Shown here: positions 33,093 to 47,005 of the stretch, in pieces | Position numbering within the stretch: the stretch's first letter is position 1 | How the letters are laid out: each line of letters begins with the position of its first letter | Assembly: GCA_963747235.1 (NCBI GenBank) | Contig: CAVVEU010000008.1 | Span: 320,001 to 384,000 of the forward strand | Source: an uncultured Candidatus Rokubacteria bacterium | GTDB lineage: Bacteria > Methylomirabilota > Methylomirabilia > Rokubacteriales > CSP1-6 | Direction of reading: 5' to 3' | Length of the DNA stretch: 64,000 nt | Made by a program: the position numbers and the translations under genes | Notes under the pieces: model-generated | What the model was told of the DNA's origin: nothing | Database searches by the model: none | Seen by the model: only the letters and a program-made list of their open reading frames with translations

Positions 33093-33964
33093 TGGCGCGG
33101 GCGCAGGGCGTGCCGCTCGCCGGCCCGGTGGAGCAGACCGTCCCGTCCCACGGCGGAGGTCTCGTGCGCCGGCTTCTCAGCACGCTGATCCTGCTGCCCC
33201 TCTTCGTGTGGATGGTGGCGAGCGGCCCGGTGTGGCTCTTCGGGGCGGTCATGGTGCTCGCGGGCGCGCTCGGCCAGTGGGAGTTCACCGGGATGTTCGA
33301 GCGGGCGGGCGTGCGGACCTTCCGCGTGCTCGGGCTGGTGGGCGGCTCGCTCGTGACCGCGAGCTTCGCGCTGCCGGTCTCCGAGCGGCTGGCGTTCACC
33401 GCGGTGTTGCTCGCCCTGCTCACGGTCGGGCTGCTGCGGCCCCAGGAGAATCGCCCGGTCTGGGAGCCGGTGGCGATCACTCTGTTCGGCGTCTGCTACG
33501 TGAACTGGCTCCTCGGCTACACCTTCTGGCTGCGCGATCTGCGAGACCGGCCGCGAGTGGATCCTGCTCCTGGTCTCGGTCACGTGGCTCGGCGAGACCG
33601 CCGCGTACCTGGTGGGCTCGCACGATGGGCCGCCACAAGCTCGCCCCCGCGATCAGCCCCCGCAAGACGGTGGAGGGCGCGCTCGCCCAGCTCGTGATGT
33701 CGGTGCTCGCCGCGCTGGGCGCGCGCGCGACGTTCTTCCCCGCGCTCTCGCTCGAGCGACGCGGTCGTGGTCGGGCTCCTGCTCGGCGTGGTGGGCCAGG
33801 TCGGCGATCTCGTCGAGTCCGCCATCAAGCGGAGCGTCGGCACCAAGGACACCGGGCGGCTCATCCCCGGGCACGGCGGGATGCTCGACCGCATGGACAG
33901 CCTCCTCTTCAACACGCCGGTCCTCTTCTACTACGCGACGTACGCGAGGTCCCTGGGCGCATGA
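33092..33964 (+). CDS. cdsA: phosphatidate cytidylyltransferase (apparent indels)
   Basis: TM helices, ISPRKTVEG and GDLVESAIKR...KDTG..IPGHGGMLDRMDS. Confidence 0.93.
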
Positions 33965-35141
33965 AACGGCTGATCGTGCTGGGAGTGACCGGCTCCGTGG
34001 GGCGGCGCGCGCTCGAGCTGGTCGAGCATTTCCCCGACGAGTTCCGCGTGGAGGGCATGGCGGCCCGCGGCTCCAACCCGGAGCTGCTCGCGGAGCTCTG
34101 CCGCCGTCACCGGCCCCGCGCCCTCGCCCTGGCCGACGCGCGGCGATCGACGTGGTGGCGCGCGCGCTGGGGTCCTCGCGCCCCGAGCTCCTCGCCGGCG
34201 CCCGCCGGCATCGTGACGCTCGCCGGCGAGGTCGAGGCCGACGTGGTGCTCTCCGCCATCGTGGGCGGGGCGGGGCTCCTGCCCACCATGGCCGCGATCG
34301 AGAGCGGCAAGAGCCATCGCGCTCGCCAACAAGGAAACGCTGGTGATGGCGGGCAGCCTGATGACCGCGGCGGCCCGCGAGCGCGGCGTGCCGCTGCTGC
34401 CGGTGGATTCCGAGCACAGCGCGGTCTTCCAGTGCCTCGAGGGCCACAACCGCGCCGAGGTGCACCGGATCCTGCTCACCGCGTCGGGCGGGCCGTTCCG
34501 GACGATGAAGGCGGCGGACCTCGCGAAGGTCACGGTGGAGGAGGCGCTGAACCATCCGACGTGGAGGATGGGCGCCAAGATCACGGTGGACTCGGCCACG
34601 CTCATGAACAAGGGGCTCGAGGTCATCGAGGCGCGCTGGCTCTTCGACCTCCCGCCCGAGCAGGTGCAGGTGGTGGTGCACCCGCAGTCCATCGTCCACT
34701 CGCATGGTCGAGTACGTGGACGGCTCGGTCATCGCCCAGCTCGGCGTGGCCGACATGGGCATCCCGATCCTCTACGCGCTGACGTATCCCGCAGCGCCTG
34801 CCCTGTCCGGCGGAGCGCCTGGATCTCACCCGGGTCGGGCCGCTCACCTTCGAGGAGCCGGACGTCGAGCGCTTCCCGTGCCTGGACCTGGCGCGGCAGG
34901 CCCTGCTCGAGGGCGGCTGCGCGCCGGTCATCCTCAACGCGGCCAACGAGATCGCGGTCGCCGCGTTCCTCGAAGGCCGCATCCGCGTTCACCCAGATCC
35001 CCGAGCTGATCGCGGAAGCGCTGGCGCGGGTGCCCGCGCGGGCGCTCGACAGCATCGACACGTGCGTGGACGTTGACACCCGGACGCGCGGCGGCGGTGC
35101 GGGACTGGCTGCCCGGCGGGGTCGCGGCCGCGATGAGATAG
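33961..35141 (+). CDS. dxr: 1-deoxy-D-xylulose 5-phosphate reductoisomerase (apparent indels; end approximate)
   Basis: [47 protein letters not shown] and NAANE. Confidence 0.93.
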
Positions 35142-35149
35142 GGAGCCTC

Positions 35150-36526
35150 ATGGCGACGGTGCAGATGCTCGTCTCGTTCGTGGTGGTCCTCGGCATCCTC
35201 ATCATCGTGCACGAGCTCGGCCACTTCATCGTGGCCCGGCTCTGCGGGGTGGGCGTCGAGCGGTTCTCGGTCGGCTTCGGCCCCGTGCTCTGGCGGTTCC
35301 GGGGCAAGGAGACCGAGTACTGCCTGTCCGCTGATCCCGATGGGCGGCTACGTGAAGATGATGGGCGACGACGAGAACCCGCTCGAGGGCGGCAAGGCGG
35401 CCACGATGGATCCGGCCAGGCCTTCAACGGCAAGCCGCTCGCGGCCCGCTTCCTGATCGTGTTCGCGGGGCCCGCGATGAACTTCGTGCTCGCCGTCGCT
35501 CATCGCCGCGCTCGATGTTCATGTTCATCGGCCGGCCGGTGGCGCCCGCCGAGGTCGGGCGCGTGACCGAGGGCGGGCCCGCCGCGCAGGCCGGGCTCCG
35601 GACCGGCGACCGCATCGTCGCGGTGGACGGCAAGCCGGTGCAGTACTGGGAGGAGCTGGCCCGCGTGGTCCAGGACCGCCCCGGCGCCCGCTCGAGCTCG
35701 CGGTGCAAGGACGTGACGGCGCGCAGCGCAAGGTCGCGCTGACCCCGGTGCAGGCCAAGCGCAAGGATCTCTTCGGCGACGAGCAGGACGTGTGGGAGGT
35801 CGGCGCCTCACCGTACCTGGCGCCCGCCATCGGCGACGTCGTCCCGGGCGATCCCGCCGAGCAGGCGGGGCTCAAGGCCGGCGACGTCGTGGTCGCGCTC
35901 GAGGGCCAGCCGGTCATGTCCTGGGACGAGCTGGCCGAGAAGATCCACCAGCGCGCGGGCCAGCCGACGCGGCTCGAGGTCAAGCGCGGGACCGAGACGC
36001 TCACGATCACGGTGACGCCCAAGAAGGGCAAGGTCCCGGGCCCCGACGGCAAGGAGATGGAGGTCGGCGCTCGTCGGGATCCGCCCGGGCGGCGGCCACC
36101 ATGTTCGTCCGCTCGAACCCGTTCTCCGCGATGTGGGAAGGCCTCGCGTGGTCCACCGACGTCACGGTCAAGACCGCCATCGGCCTCTACAAGATCGTGG
36201 TCGGCCAGCTCGACCGGAGCAATATCGGCGGCCCGATCCAGATCGCCAAGACCGCGGGCGAGCAGGCGCGCCAGGGCATCGTCGAGCCTCGCGCTCTTCA
36301 CCGCGGTGATCAGCGTCAACCTGTTCCTGCTCAACCTCTTGCCGGTGCCGATGCTCGACGGCGGCCACCTGCTCTTCTTCGCCTTCGAGGCGGTGCTGGG
36401 CCGGCCGCTCTCGGTGCGCAAGCGCGAGGTCGCCCAGCAGGTCGGGCTTCGTCGCTGCTCATGCTGCTCATGGTGTACGCGTTCTACAACGACTCTCACG
36501 GCATCGACGGATCGGACTCTTCGTGA
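35150..36526 (+). CDS. rseP: RIP metalloprotease RseP with two PDZ domains (apparent indels)
   Basis: HELGH, FSVGFG, AGPAMN and [12 protein letters not shown]. Confidence 0.92.
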
Positions 36527-36534
36527 TAGGGATC

Positions 36535-36868
36535 ATGGGCCAGTACGCGCGGCACGTGTTCGTGTGCACGTCGGGCGATACCTGCCCCGCGCAGGGCGAC
36601 GTCGAGAAGTACGTCAAGACGCTGCGGGCGGGCGTCGTCACCGCGGGCCGGCAGGCCGAGGTCCGCGTCAACAAGGCGGGCTGCTTCTCGCAGTGCGGCC
36701 ACGGCCCCATGATCGTGGTGTACCCGGAGAACGTCTGGTACGCGGGCGTCCAGGAGTCCGACCTCCAGGAGATCCTCGAGTCGCACATCCTGGGCGGGGA
36801 GCCGGTCAAGCGGCTGATCTACGATCCGGGCGTGCCCGGGCGCCAACAAGGTCAAGGCGGCGCCGTAG
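36535..36868 (+). CDS. thioredoxin-like [2Fe-2S] ferredoxin
   Basis: HVFVC..GDTC...RVNKAGCFSQCGHGPMIVVYPENVWY pattern of the Aquifex/Clostridium Trx-like ferredoxins. Confidence 0.88.
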
Positions 36869-36871
36869 TCC

Positions 36872-38576
36872 ATGCGCTGGACCCGGTCGCTCATCCCCAC
36901 GCTCCGGGAGGATCCCGCCGACGCCGAGGCGATCAGCCACAAGCTCATGGTGCGCGCCGGGCTCGTCCGCCAGCTCGCCGCCGGCATCTACGTCTACCTC
37001 CCGCTCGGCCAGCGCGTGATCGAGAAGGTCAACGCGATCATCCGCGAGGAGATGAACGGCATCGGCGGGCAGGAGATCGACGATGCCGGTGCTCCATCCC
37101 GCCGAGATCTGGCAGCAGTCCGGGCGCTGGGACGTGATCGGCGGGGAGATGTTCCGGCTCAAGGACCGCAACGGGCGCGACATGTGCCTCGGCATGACCC
37201 ACGAGGAGGTCATCGCCTGGCTCGCCGCCCGCGAGATCCGCTCCTACCGCGACCTGCCGCAGATCTGGTACCAGATCCAGACCAAGGAGCGGGACGAGGC
37301 GCGGCCGCGCTCGGGCGTGCTGCGCACGCGCGAGTTCCTGATGAAGGACTCCTACACGCTCGATCCCGACGCGGCCGCGCTCGAGTCTCCTACAACGCCC
37401 ACAAGGACGGCCTACTGCCGCATCTTCGACCGCTGCGGGATCACGCTACGTCGTCGTGCAGTCGGATCCCGGCATGATGGGCGGCTCGGGCTCGCACGAG
37501 TTCATGGCCCCGCGCGCGGCCGGCGAGGACGACGTGGCGCTCTGCGACGCCTGCGGCTACGCGGCCAACGTGGAGCTGGCCCGCGGCGTGCCGAGCCCGC
37601 CGGCCGCCGGCGAACGGCCGGAAGCGACGAGGTCGCGACGCCCGGGGCCCGCACCATCGCCGAGGTGTCGGCCCAGCTCAAGATCGATCCGGCCGCCACC
37701 ATCAAGTCGCTGGTCTTCATGGGCCCCGACGGGCCGGTGCTGGTGCTCGTGCGGGGCGACCACACGCTCCACGAGCGCAAGCTCGCCCGCGCGCTCAAGG
37801 CGGAAGCCCGCCCGGCGCACCCGGACGAGGTCCAGCAGCATCTCGGCGTGGCCCCGGGCTCGATCGGGCCGGTGGGTGTCCGCGGCGTCGCGGATCATCG
37901 CCGACGAGTCGCTGCGCGAGCGGCCGCTACGTGGTCGGCGCCAACCGCGAGGGCTTCCATCTGACCGGGGTGACGCCCGGGCCAGGACTTCGCGTGCGAG
38001 TGGGCGGACCTGCAGGTGGCCCTGGCCGGGCGAGGGGTGTCCCACCTGCGGCAAGCCGCTCCGGATCGAGCGGGTGATCGAGGTGGGCAATATCTTCAAG
38101 CTCGGCACCAAGTACTCGGTGCCCGCTGGGGGCCACCTACCTCGACGAGCAGGGCCAGCAGCAGCCGATCGTGATGGGCTCCTACGGCATCGGGCCGGCC
38201 CGGATCGCGGCGGCGGCGGTGGAGCAGCGCCACGACGCCGACGGCATCGTCTGGCCCTGGGCCATCGCTCCCTTCCACGTGCACCTGGTGCCGGTGGCGG
38301 TCAAGGATGCCGCGCAGATGGCCGCGGCCGAGGAGATCTATCGGGAGCTCCGGGCGGCCGGCTTCGACGTCCTCATGGACGACCGGGACGAGCGGGCCGG
38401 GGTCAAGTTCAAGGACGCCGACCTGCTCGGGATGCCCGATCCGGGTGACCGTCGGCAATGCCCTCGCCAAGGAGGGCGTGGTCGAGATGCGCGAGCGCGG
38501 CACCCGGGCCGACCGCCGGGTGCCCAAGGCCGAGGTCGTCGCGACCGTCCGGGAGATGGCGCAAACGATTTCATAA
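36872..38576 (+). CDS. proS: proline--tRNA ligase (apparent indels)
   Basis: [45 protein letters not shown] and [16 protein letters not shown]. Confidence 0.95.
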
Positions 38577-38607
38577 GCCGACCCACCCTCCGGGCGCCCT
38601 GCAGCGC

Positions 38608-38636
38608 TTGCGGGGGCCCAATCGCTGTGCTAAAGT
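38608..38636 (+). promoter_or_regulatory. sigma70 promoter of rimP-nusA-infB
   Basis: TTGCGG-N17-TAAAGT with a TGn extension. Confidence 0.6.
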
Positions 38637-38640
38637 CCTG

Positions 38641-38670
38641 AAAAAAGTGGGCCGCCGCCCACTTTTTTTT
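38641..38670 (+). promoter_or_regulatory. rimP leader attenuator/terminator hairpin
   Basis: AAAAAAGTGGG-CCGCCG-CCCACTTTTTTTT between the promoter and the rimP ATG, as in the widespread rimP leader. Confidence 0.78.
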
Positions 38671-38684
38671 GTGGGGGTGGCGGC

Positions 38685-39169
38685 ATGGCGGAAGATGCAC
38701 AGTGGCTCGACCGGATCGAGGCGGTCGTGGCAGCCTGTGCTCGCCTCGCGCGGCCTGAATCTGGTCGACAGCGAGTGGCGCCGTGAAGGCCGGCGCTGGG
38801 TGCTTCGCCTCTTCGTGGACAAGCCGGGCGGCGTGGGCATCGCCGATTGCCAGGCGTTCAGCCGGGAGGCCGGCGACGTGCTCGATGTGTCCGGACTCAT
38901 CGAGCCCTCCTACGATCTCGAAGTGTCCTCGCCGGGGCTCGACCGGGTAGCTGAGGAAGGATCGTGAGTTCGCCTGGGCGGTCGGCCGGACGTGCAGTGC
39001 TGGGTGCGCGAGGCCATGGACGGGCGCACGGAGTTCGCGGGCAAGCTCCTGGAGGTGTCGCCGGGCCGAGCCCTGACCTTGGAGGAAACGGTGGGCACGC
39101 GGCGCGAGATTCCGCGCCGCTGGTGACGAAGGCGCGGCTGGAAGTCGTGGCGTTCGGGCGGGTGAAGCG

Positions 39170-39173
<4 letters not shown>
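38685..39173 (+). CDS. rimP: ribosome maturation factor RimP (apparent indels)
   Basis: [19 protein letters not shown]...LD...[12 protein letters not shown]; upstream of nusA. Confidence 0.92.
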
Positions 39174-40546
<1,373 letters not shown>

Positions 40547-40550
<4 letters not shown>

Positions 40551-40822
40551 AGCGGGCGAAGCGCCCGCCTCAGCGCACCTGCATCGGCTGTCGCGTGGTG
40601 CGGGCGAAGGCGGAGTTGATCCGGCTGGTGCGGGATGCCGCCGGGGGGGTGACGGTGGATCGCGATGGGCGCGCGGCGGGGCGCGGCGCGTATGTGTGCG
40701 CCACGACCGAGTGCGTGGAGAAGGCGCTGCAGGCGGGGCGGCTGGGGCATGCGTTCAAGGGGGCGAGCCGCCCGCCGCAGGAGCCCGCGGTGGTCATTCT
40801 GGCGAGTTGGCCGAGGAGGTAG
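40547..40822 (+). CDS. ylxR: YlxR/RnpM family RNA-binding protein (start uncertain)
   Basis: PQRTCIGCR...LIRLV...GRGAYVC; between nusA and infB. Confidence 0.85.
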
Positions 40823-40827
40823 CGCGC

Positions 40828-43372
40828 GTGGCGGCACGGGTCAAGGTCATCGATCTGGCGAAGGAGCTGGGCGTCACCAGCAAGGATTTGATCGTGGCGC
40901 TCGAAGGCATGGGCCACAAGGGCATGCGGGCCATGAGCCCTCTCCTCGCCGCGACGGCCAACGAGCTGCGGGTCAAGCTGGGCCGCGGACGCGATCTGCC
41001 CGCCGAGGCCAAGCCCAAGCGCGCGCCCAAGCCGAAGGCGGCCGAGGGCGACGCGCCCGCGACCGCGCCGAAGAAGAAGGCGGCGAGCACGAAGAAGGGC
41101 GCCGCGAAGTCGGTCGAGGAGACGCCCGAGGTCATCGAGCTGGCCCCGGCGCCCGCTCTCGACGTGGTGAAGCCGGCCGCGACCATCTTCCGGCCCGGCC
41201 CTCCGCCGTCCCGCCCGCGCCGCCGGCCGAGATCGTCCCGATTCCGCCCGTGGTCCCCACCGCCGCGTCGATCGCGCCGTCCGCCGCGCCGCCCCGGCCC
41301 GCGACCCCGCCGGCCCCCGCGCCGGTCGTCCGGCCAGCCGCGGCGGCCCCGCCGGTCGAGCTGAGGCCCGCGCCCCCGGTGCGCCGCGCGCCGGTACCGC
41401 CGCCGCTGAATCCGCCGCGCACGGTGATCTCGCCGCCGCGCCCCGCCGCGCCGCCGGCGCCGCTACGCCCGGCCGTGCCGGTACGCCCGGCGGCGGCCGC
41501 AGTCGCCGCTCCGGCTGCGCCGGTCGCCCCGGCCCCGATCCTCGCGCCGCCGCTGGCGCCGCCCCCTGCGCCCGCGGCTACCGGGCGGGGCTCTGCCGCC
41601 TCCGCCCGAGCCGCCGCAGGAGATCAAGCGCGAGCTGATCAAGCTGCCGGAGTCCGTCACGGTGGGCGAGCTGGCCGCCGCGATGCGCCACAAGACCACG
41701 GAGGTGATCAAGGCCCTGGTCGACCTGGGGGTGATGGCCACCGTCAACGAGGTGCTCGATCCGACCGCGGCCAAGCTGGTCGCCGACAAGTTCCACTTCG
41801 ACGTGCAGGTCCGCTCGATCGAGGGCGACGTGCTCGAGGAGGAGGAGTCCGATCCGGCGCAGATGCGCCCGCGGCCGCCGGTGGTGACCGTGATGGGCCA
41901 CGTCGACCACGGCAAGACCTCGCTGCTCGACGCGATCCGCACCACCAAGGTGGCGGAGCGCGAGTTCGGCGGCATCACCCAGCACATCGGCGCCTACCAG
42001 GTGGACACGAGCCACGGCAAGGTCACCTTCCTCGACACCCCGGGCCACGAGGCGTTCACCGCGATGCGCGCCCGCGGAGCCCAGGCGACCGACATGGTGG
42101 TCCTGGTCGTCGCGGCCGACGACGGGGTGATGCCCCAGACGGTGGAGGCGATCAACCACGCCAAGGCGGCCAACGTGCCGATCCTCGTCGCGGTGAACAA
42201 GATCGACAAGCCGGGCTCCGATCCGGACCGGGTCAAGCGCGAGCTGTCCAATCACGGCCTCGTGCCGGAAGACTGGGGCGGGCAGACCATCTTCATCCAC
42301 ACCTCGGCCAAGCGCGGCGACGGCATCGCGCAGCTCCTCGAGATGACCGCGCTCCAGGCCGAGATCCTCGAGCTGCGCGCCAATCCGAACCGGGCCGGGC
42401 GCGGCGTGATCGTGGAAGGCCGGCTCGATCGGGGCCGCGGCCCGGTGGCCACCGCGCTGATCCAGTCGGGCACGCTCAAGGAAGGCGACGCGGTGGTGGT
42501 CGGCTCGCACTCCGGCCGCGTGCGCGCCATGTTCAACGACCGCGGCAAGAAGGTGCAGAGCGCGGGCCCGTCCGATCCGGTCGAGATCCTGGGCCTCTCC
42601 GGCGTGCCGCAGGCGGGCGACACGATGCTGGTGGTCGCCGACGAGCGCAAGGCGCGGCAGATCGCCACCGTGCGCAGCGAGCGCGACCGGCTCAAGGGCA
42701 AGAGCACGACGCGGATCACCCTCGAGGACCTGCACAAGCAGATCGAGGCGGGCGAGGTCAAGGAGCTGCGCCTCGTGCTCAAGGCCGACGTGCAGGGCTC
42801 GGTGGAAGCGCTGACCGAGTCGCTCGAGCGGCTCTCCACCGACGAGGTCAAGCTCAAGGTCATCCACAGCTCGGTGGGCACGGTGACCGAGTCGGACGTG
42901 ATGCTCGCGTCCGCGTCCAACGCCATCGTGCTCGGCTTCAACGTCAAGGCCGACCCCAAGGCGGCGACGCCAGGCCCAGGCCAACGGCGTGGACATGCGC
43001 AGCTACAACGTCATCTACGACGCGATCAACGACGTGCGGGCGGCGCTCTCCGGCATGCTGGCCCCCGAGATCCGCGAGATGGTGCTGGGCCGGGCCCAGG
43101 TGCGCCAGCTCTTCCCCATCACCAAGGTCGGGACCATCTACGGGTCGTCGGTCACCGAGGGCAAGATGGTGCGCGGCGCCCGCGTCCGCATCAAGCGCGG
43201 CGAGACCCTGCTGGGCGAGGGCGTCATCAGCTCGCTCAAGCGGTTCAAGGACGACGTCCGCGAGGTGCTGCAGGGGCTCGAGTGCGGCATCGGCGTCGAG
43301 GGGATCAAGGGCGTGCAGCCCAACGACGTCATCGAGGCCTTCAGCACGGAGGAGGTCGCCCGGACGCTCTAG
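40828..43372 (+). CDS. infB: translation initiation factor IF-2 (apparent indels; Pro/Ala-rich linker)
   Basis: [38 protein letters not shown] and [16 protein letters not shown]. Confidence 0.97.
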
Positions 43373-43393
43373 CGTCGAAGGGGGTCTCGACCA

Positions 43394-43684
43394 GTGTCGG
43401 GAGCGCGGGTGGCGGTGGGCACGGTCGAGCTGCACCTGCCGGACGTCGGGTCGCTCAAGGGCAAGCGCCACGTCGCTGAAGGGCCTCAAGGACACGCTCC
43501 GCCGGCGCTTCGAGATCTCCGTCGCCGAGGTGGATCACCACGACGTGTGGCAGCGCGCGACCCTGGCCTGGCCTGCGTCTCGGGCGACTCCCGCCACGCC
43601 AACGAAGTCATCTCCAAGGCCATGGACTACATCGAGGACCACGTGGACGGCTAGGTCACCGACATCCAGGTGGAGATTCTATAG
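43394..43684 (+). CDS. DUF503 (YlxP-like) protein (apparent indels and an internal TAG)
   Basis: SLKGKR...[20 protein letters not shown]; between infB and rbfA. Confidence 0.85.
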
Positions 43685-43686
43685 AC

Positions 43687-44057
43687 ATGCAAGGCAAGCG
43701 GCTCGTAGCGCGTCAATCAGCTCATCAAGGAGGAGATCTCCGCTGGTCGTGCAGCGGCAGCTCAAGGACCCGCGGCTCGGGTTCGTGACCGTGACCGAGG
43801 TGGACACGACCCCGGATCTCAAGCACGCCAAGGTCTTCGTCTCGGTGCTGGGACCGGACGCGCAGTGGGCCACCTCGTTCAAGGCGCTCGAGAGCGCGCG
43901 GGGCTTCGTCTGGAGCTGGCTGCGCCGCCACCTCGACCTGCGGGTGACGCCCGAGATCATGTTCCGCCCCGACCGGTCCATGGAGCACGCCGCGCACATC
44001 CAGGCGCTCCTCGCCGATCTCAAGCGATCCGAAGCGTCGTCGGAGAGCGAGGAGTGA
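43687..44057 (+). CDS. rbfA: ribosome-binding factor A
   Basis: KDPRLGFVTVTEV...DLKHAKVFVS...LRVTPEIMF..D.S. Confidence 0.93.
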
Positions 44058-45045
44058 GCGTCACGGTCGTCGCGCCGGAGCCGCCGGCCCAGCTCGTGGA
44101 CCTGCTCGCGGGGCCGCGCGGCTCCGCGCTGATGCTGGGCCACGTCCATCCGGACGGTGACGTGCTCGGCACGCTGCTGGGCCTGGGGCTCGCCATGGAG
44201 AAGGCGGGCTGGACGGTGACCTTCGGCGGCCCCGACCCGGTGCCCGACGTGCTCGACTTCCTCCCGGGCGCGGACCGCTGGCAGGTGTGGCGCACCGCCC
44301 CCGGAACGTTCGACACCATCGTGCTGACCGACTGTCCCAACGACGGGCGCACCGAGGGGCTCCTCGCGGGCGTCCGCGGCCCGGCCAGCCGGGTGCTCAA
44401 CATCGACCACCACCCGGACAACCGCCGCTACGGGACGCTGAACTGGATCGATCCCTCCGCGGCCGCCGTCGGGGAGATGATCTACGACCTGCTCACCGCG
44501 CTCGGGTGGCCGATCGGCCGTGACGTCGCGCTCGACCTCTACACCGCGATCCACACCGACACCGGGTCGTTCCGCTACTCGAACACGACGCCGCGCACCT
44601 TCCGGATCGCGGGCGCGCTCACCGCGGCGGGCGCCGAGCCCGCGCTCGTGACGGACCGGCTCTACCAGCGGCGCCCCCAGGACGCGCTGCTCACCCTGGG
44701 CAGCCTGCTGAGCCGGGTCGAGGTCAGCGAGGACGGGCGCATCGCGGCGCTCACCGTGCCCGAGGGCGCGGCCTCCGAGGCCTTCATGGCCGCCGAGGAT
44801 CTCGTGACCTATCCGCGCTCCATCGCGGGCGTCAAGGTGGCGGTGCTCCTCCGCGCGGAGGCCGACGGCCGCGTGAAGGCGAGCCTCCGCGGCAAGGGCG
44901 ACGTGCCGGTCAACCGCATCGCGCACCGTTCGGCGGCGGCGGCCACGAGAACGCGGCGGGCTGCACACTGCCCGGCCCGCTCGCGTCCGCGAAGGCCACG
45001 CTGCTCGCGGCGGTGAGGCAGGCCCTCGACGGCCCGCCGTCGTGA
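44054..45045 (+). CDS. nrnA: DHH/DHHA1 oligoribonuclease/pAp phosphatase
   Basis: HVHPDGD, NIDHH, TDTGSFRY, SLR and GGGH. Confidence 0.9.
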
Positions 45046-45960
45046 GCGATCGCCACCGCGCCGGCATCCTGCCGGTCGAGAAGGGCCCGGGCGTCACCTC
45101 GTTCCAGGTGGTGGCCCACCTGCGACGCGTCCTGCGGGCGCCGCGCATCGGGCACGGCGGCACGCTCGATCCCGCCGCCACCGGGGTGCTGCCCATCCTG
45201 ATCGGGGAAGCGACCAAGCTGACGCCGTACCTGGTGGACCTGGACAAGGAGTACGTGGCCACCGTCCGCCTGGGCGTCACCACCGAGACCCAGGATCTCT
45301 CGGGCGCGGTGGTCGAGACGCGTCCGGTCCCCGCGCTCGACGCGCCCGCCATCGAGGCCGCGCTCGCGCCGTTCGTCGGCCGCATCCAGCAGGTGCCGCC
45401 CATGTACTCGGCGCTCCACCGGGACGGCAAGCGTCTCTACGAGCTGGCCCGGCAGGGGGTCGAGGTGGAGCGCGAGCCGCGCGAGGTCGTCGTGCACTCG
45501 ATCCGGCTCGAGTCGGTCGCGCTCCCGGACTTCGTCATCCGCATCCGGTGCGGCAAGGGCACGTACGTGCGCACGCTCGCCGCGGACGTGGGCGCCGCGC
45601 TGGGCTGTGGCGCGCGCCCTGGCCGGGCTCGTCCGCACCCGGGTGGGGCCGTACGCGCTCGAGGCCGCCGTCACCTGGGACGAGGTCCGCGAGGCCCGCG
45701 CCGGCGAGCGGCTCTGGGCGCGGCTGCTGCCGCCCGACAGCGCGCTGGCCGGGCTGGGCGCGGTGCGGCTCGACGCGGACGGAACCCGCGCCTTCGCGCA
45801 CGGGCAGGCGGCGGCGATCGGCGAGCGCGTGAGCGGCCTGGTCCGCGTGTACGGCCCCGACGGCGGCCTGCTCGGAGTGGGGCAGGGGCTCGGCGACCGA
45901 GTGAAGCCCGAACGGCTCCTCCATGCGGATCCTCCGCGACCTTCCGTCCTTCCCGCCTGA
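45042..45960 (+). CDS. truB: tRNA pseudouridine(55) synthase
   Basis: GHGGTLDPAATGVL, QVPPMYSA, LYELAR and CGKGTYVRTLA. Confidence 0.95.
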
Positions 45961-46859
45961 GCTGCGGCCGTCGGTGGCCGCCTTCGGCGCCTTCGACGGC
46001 ATCCATCTCGCGCACGCCAAGATCCTCGACACCGCGGTGGAGCGGGCCCGCGCGCTCGGCGTCTCCGCGGTCGCGTGCACCTTCGACCCGCATCCGACCG
46101 TGGTGCTGAGGCCCGAGAAAGCGCCCGCGCCCATCGCGACGCTCGAGGAGAACCTGGCCCGCATCGCGGAGCACGGCCTCGACGCCACCCTGGTCATCCC
46201 CTTCACGCTGGATTTCTCTCGGATGGAGGCCGAGACCTTCGTGGACGAGGTCGCTGGTGCGCACGCTGGGCGCCCGCGAGGTGGTCGTGGGCTTCAACCA
46301 CACCTTCGGCCGCGGGGCGCGCGGGACCGCGGTCCTCCTGCGGGAGCTGGGCGGCCAGCGCGGGTTCGTCACCCACGTGCTGCCGCCGCTGCAGGTCAAC
46401 GGGCTCACCGTGTCGTCCAGCGCGATCCGCGAGGCGCTCCGTGACGGTGACGTGGAGCAGGCCCGGGCGTTCCTGGGCCGGCCCTATTCGCTGACCGGGA
46501 CCGTGCAGCGCGGCGCCGGCCGTGGCCGCACGCTCGGGTTTCCCACCGCGAACCTGAAGCCGGACCGCCCGCTGGCCCTGGCCGCGGGCGTGTACGCGGC
46601 CCACGCGCGCTGGGACGGCCGTCAAGCCGAGGCGGTGGTCAACATCGGCTACCGGCCGACCTTCGAGGAGTCGCAGTACTGGGTCGAGGCCTACCTGTTC
46701 GACTTCGCCGGGGACCTCTACGACCGCACGCTCACGCTCGACTTCCTCGTCCGGATCCGGGCCGAGATGAAGTTCCCGGGCGTGGAGGCGCTCACCGCGC
46801 AGGTCCGGGCCGACATGGCGGAGGCCCGTCGGCTGCTGCGGGCCCAACCGGCAGGGTGA
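45923..46859 (+). CDS. ribF: bifunctional riboflavin kinase/FAD synthetase
   Basis: GAFDGIHLAH, TFDPHP, VSSSAIR, GRTLGFPTAN and NIGYRPTF. Confidence 0.95.
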
Positions 46860-46863
46860 TCGC

Positions 46864-46892
46864 TTGAACCTCTCACCCCCGCGTGGTACACT
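46864..46892 (+). promoter_or_regulatory. sigma70 promoter of rpsO
   Basis: TTGAAC-N17-TACACT with a TGn extension. Confidence 0.68.
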
Positions 46893-47005
46893 CCGCTCGT
46901 CTTAACGCGGGTTTGAGCGGTCCAACGAACCCGTCCCAACGGAGCCGCGGTCGGGGCTCTGGGGGCGTGGCGATTGGGGGGGGAACCCCCGGGAGGATTC
47001 GCGGT

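Noticed and set aside
38608-38620. TGCGGGGGCC matching the left arm of the dispersed hairpin repeat
   Set aside because: There is no right arm or flanking similarity; it is better explained as the -35 region and spacer of the rimP promoter.
41180-41620. Low-complexity CCG/GCG-rich tract
   Set aside because: It encodes the Pro/Ala-rich N-terminal linker common in IF-2 of high-GC bacteria.
43652-43654. In-frame TAG about 10 codons before the expected end of the DUF503 gene (possible amber readthrough or recoding)
   Set aside because: TAG is a frequent true stop in this window, and other premature TAGs (cysE near 5253, rbfA near 43706) resolve as single-base insertions. Most likely an error or a slight truncation.
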